A DNA stretch of 64,000 bases from Pseudomonadales bacterium (GTDB lineage: Bacteria; Pseudomonadota; Gammaproteobacteria; Pseudomonadales; UBA5518): the NCBI GenBank assembly GCA_024234165.1, contig JACKOP010000005.1:123409-187408 (forward strand), in the 5' to 3' direction. The translations under genes were made by a program, and so were the position numbers. Position 1 is the first letter of the stretch. Every line of letters begins with the position of its first letter. Below the pieces are notes generated by a model, which saw only the letters and a list, made by a program, of their open reading frames with translations, did not search any database and had not been told where the DNA came from. This document shows positions 63,394-64,000 of this stretch, piece after piece.

Positions 63394-64000
63394 TCACACG
63401 GTCAACAGCGGCGCCACGGAAGCTGCGAAGCACTGGATCTGTTCGATGCATTCCTGCGTTGACCGGGAGCGGAAGCGCACCTGGAGATGATTCACTCCCA
63501 TGCTCACCAGTCCTCGCAACGATTCCGCGATTTGCTCGGCATGACCGATCAGCGATCCAGCGGGAAGCTCCCATCCAGGATCGTTGCGACTGGATTCGAT
63601 TATGTGCATCGGCTCAACGATCGTGCCGATATCCAGCCACGAGTCGTTCCTGAACTCGCGGCGCAACTCGCGAATCCGCTGGATCTGCTCATGAAGAGCA
63701 CTTCTCGGTGTCCCTTGCGGCAGCCAACCATCGCCATAGGCCGCAACCCGACGCAGTGCCGCCGGACTCGATCCGCCGATCCACACCGGCGGTCTTGGTT
63801 CCTGTACCGCTCGCGGGCCAATATGCATGCCCGAGAAACTCCAGCAGGAACCCTCGTGGGTGGCAGCCTCTGCTTCGAGACATTGCATCAACGCCTCGAT
63901 TGCTTCGTCGCCCCGCTTGCCTCGTTGCGCGAAGCTGCCCGGACCGTTCAACACGTCGAACTCTTCCGCCACATGCCCGACGCCAACGCCGATGACGAGT
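63394..64000 (-). CDS. Luciferase-like monooxygenase (LLM) family flavin/deazaflavin oxidoreductase, C-terminal part (gene runs off the right edge)
   Basis: The frame is open to the window edge (...LVIGVGVGHVAEEFDVLNGPGSFAQRGKRGDEAIEAL...PVWIGGSSPAALRRVAAYGDGWLP...). This pattern resembles the LLM subclass annotated as F420-dependent. Convergent with luxE2, with a 6-nt gap. Confidence 0.7.
   Translation of the reverse strand, partial: LVIGVGVGHVAEEFDVLNGPGSFAQRGKRGDEAIEALMQCLEAEAATHEGSCWSFSGMHIGPRAVQEPRPPVWIGGSSPAALRRVAAYGDGWLPQGTPRSALHEQIQRIRELRREFRNDSWLDIGTIVEPMHIIESSRNDPGWELPAGSLIGHAEQIAESLRGLVSMGVNHLQVRFRSRSTQECIEQIQCFAASVAPLLTV

Noticed and set aside
57454-64000. A genuine bioluminescence (lux) operon.
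   Set aside because: There is no luxD, no adjacent luxA/luxB pair, and no luxG. The gene order is unlike luxCDABE, and the LLM fragment resembles the F420-type subclass rather than luciferase. I kept it as lux-like only.

Overview
High-GC proteobacterial chromosome segment. All calls come from reading the supplied ORF translations and hand-checking start and stop codons in the sequence. No searches or statistics were run, so family assignments rest on motifs I recognise from memory.

(1) Bases 1-34.4 kb are housekeeping core. The gene order matches what I remember of Pseudomonas-type Gammaproteobacteria: pilQPONM / ponA, nuclease, rpmE / priA, SPOR protein, hslVU, DUF971, ubiE-ubiJ-ubiB-hisI-hisE-tatABC, dtd, pip, typA / glnA, trmL, secB-grxC-rhodanese, ctpA, hisFAHB, asmA-mutY-yggX-tRNA-Phe.

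(2) Directly 3' of tRNA-Phe (34.5-40.2 kb) lies an integrase-less, heavily eroded island. It holds:
- a frameshifted HTH gene
- a CDF metal exporter preceded by what looks like the tail of its repressor
- a multiply deleted DNA methyltransferase with a REP doublet inside it
- an intact Fic gene
- a 92-aa restriction-subunit tail
- a second, truncated HTH gene
- an intact yhaV-prlF toxin-antitoxin pair with twin operators
- a tmRNA-like T-arm scar

(3) 40.1-50.7 kb carries a translationally coupled TonB-receptor/ABC importer/NnrS operon, a deazaflavin-type reductase-fold gene, a SnoaL-like gene, and an AraC regulator with a Cd/Zn-type P1B-ATPase.

(4) 50.7-64 kb, running off the right edge, is the most interesting part: an accessory metabolic cluster. 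It contains a tandem-fused family III CoA-transferase, an IclR regulator, an OFA/MCT-like MFS transporter and a benzoylformate-decarboxylase-like ThDP enzyme. It also has two LuxC-type acyl reductases, two LuxE-type acyl-protein-synthetase-like genes with complementary motif loss, and a convergent luciferase-family (LLM) oxidoreductase. This is a lux-like, aldehyde-centred system that is clearly not a canonical lux operon.

I saw no rRNA, CRISPR array, intact IS element or integrase.
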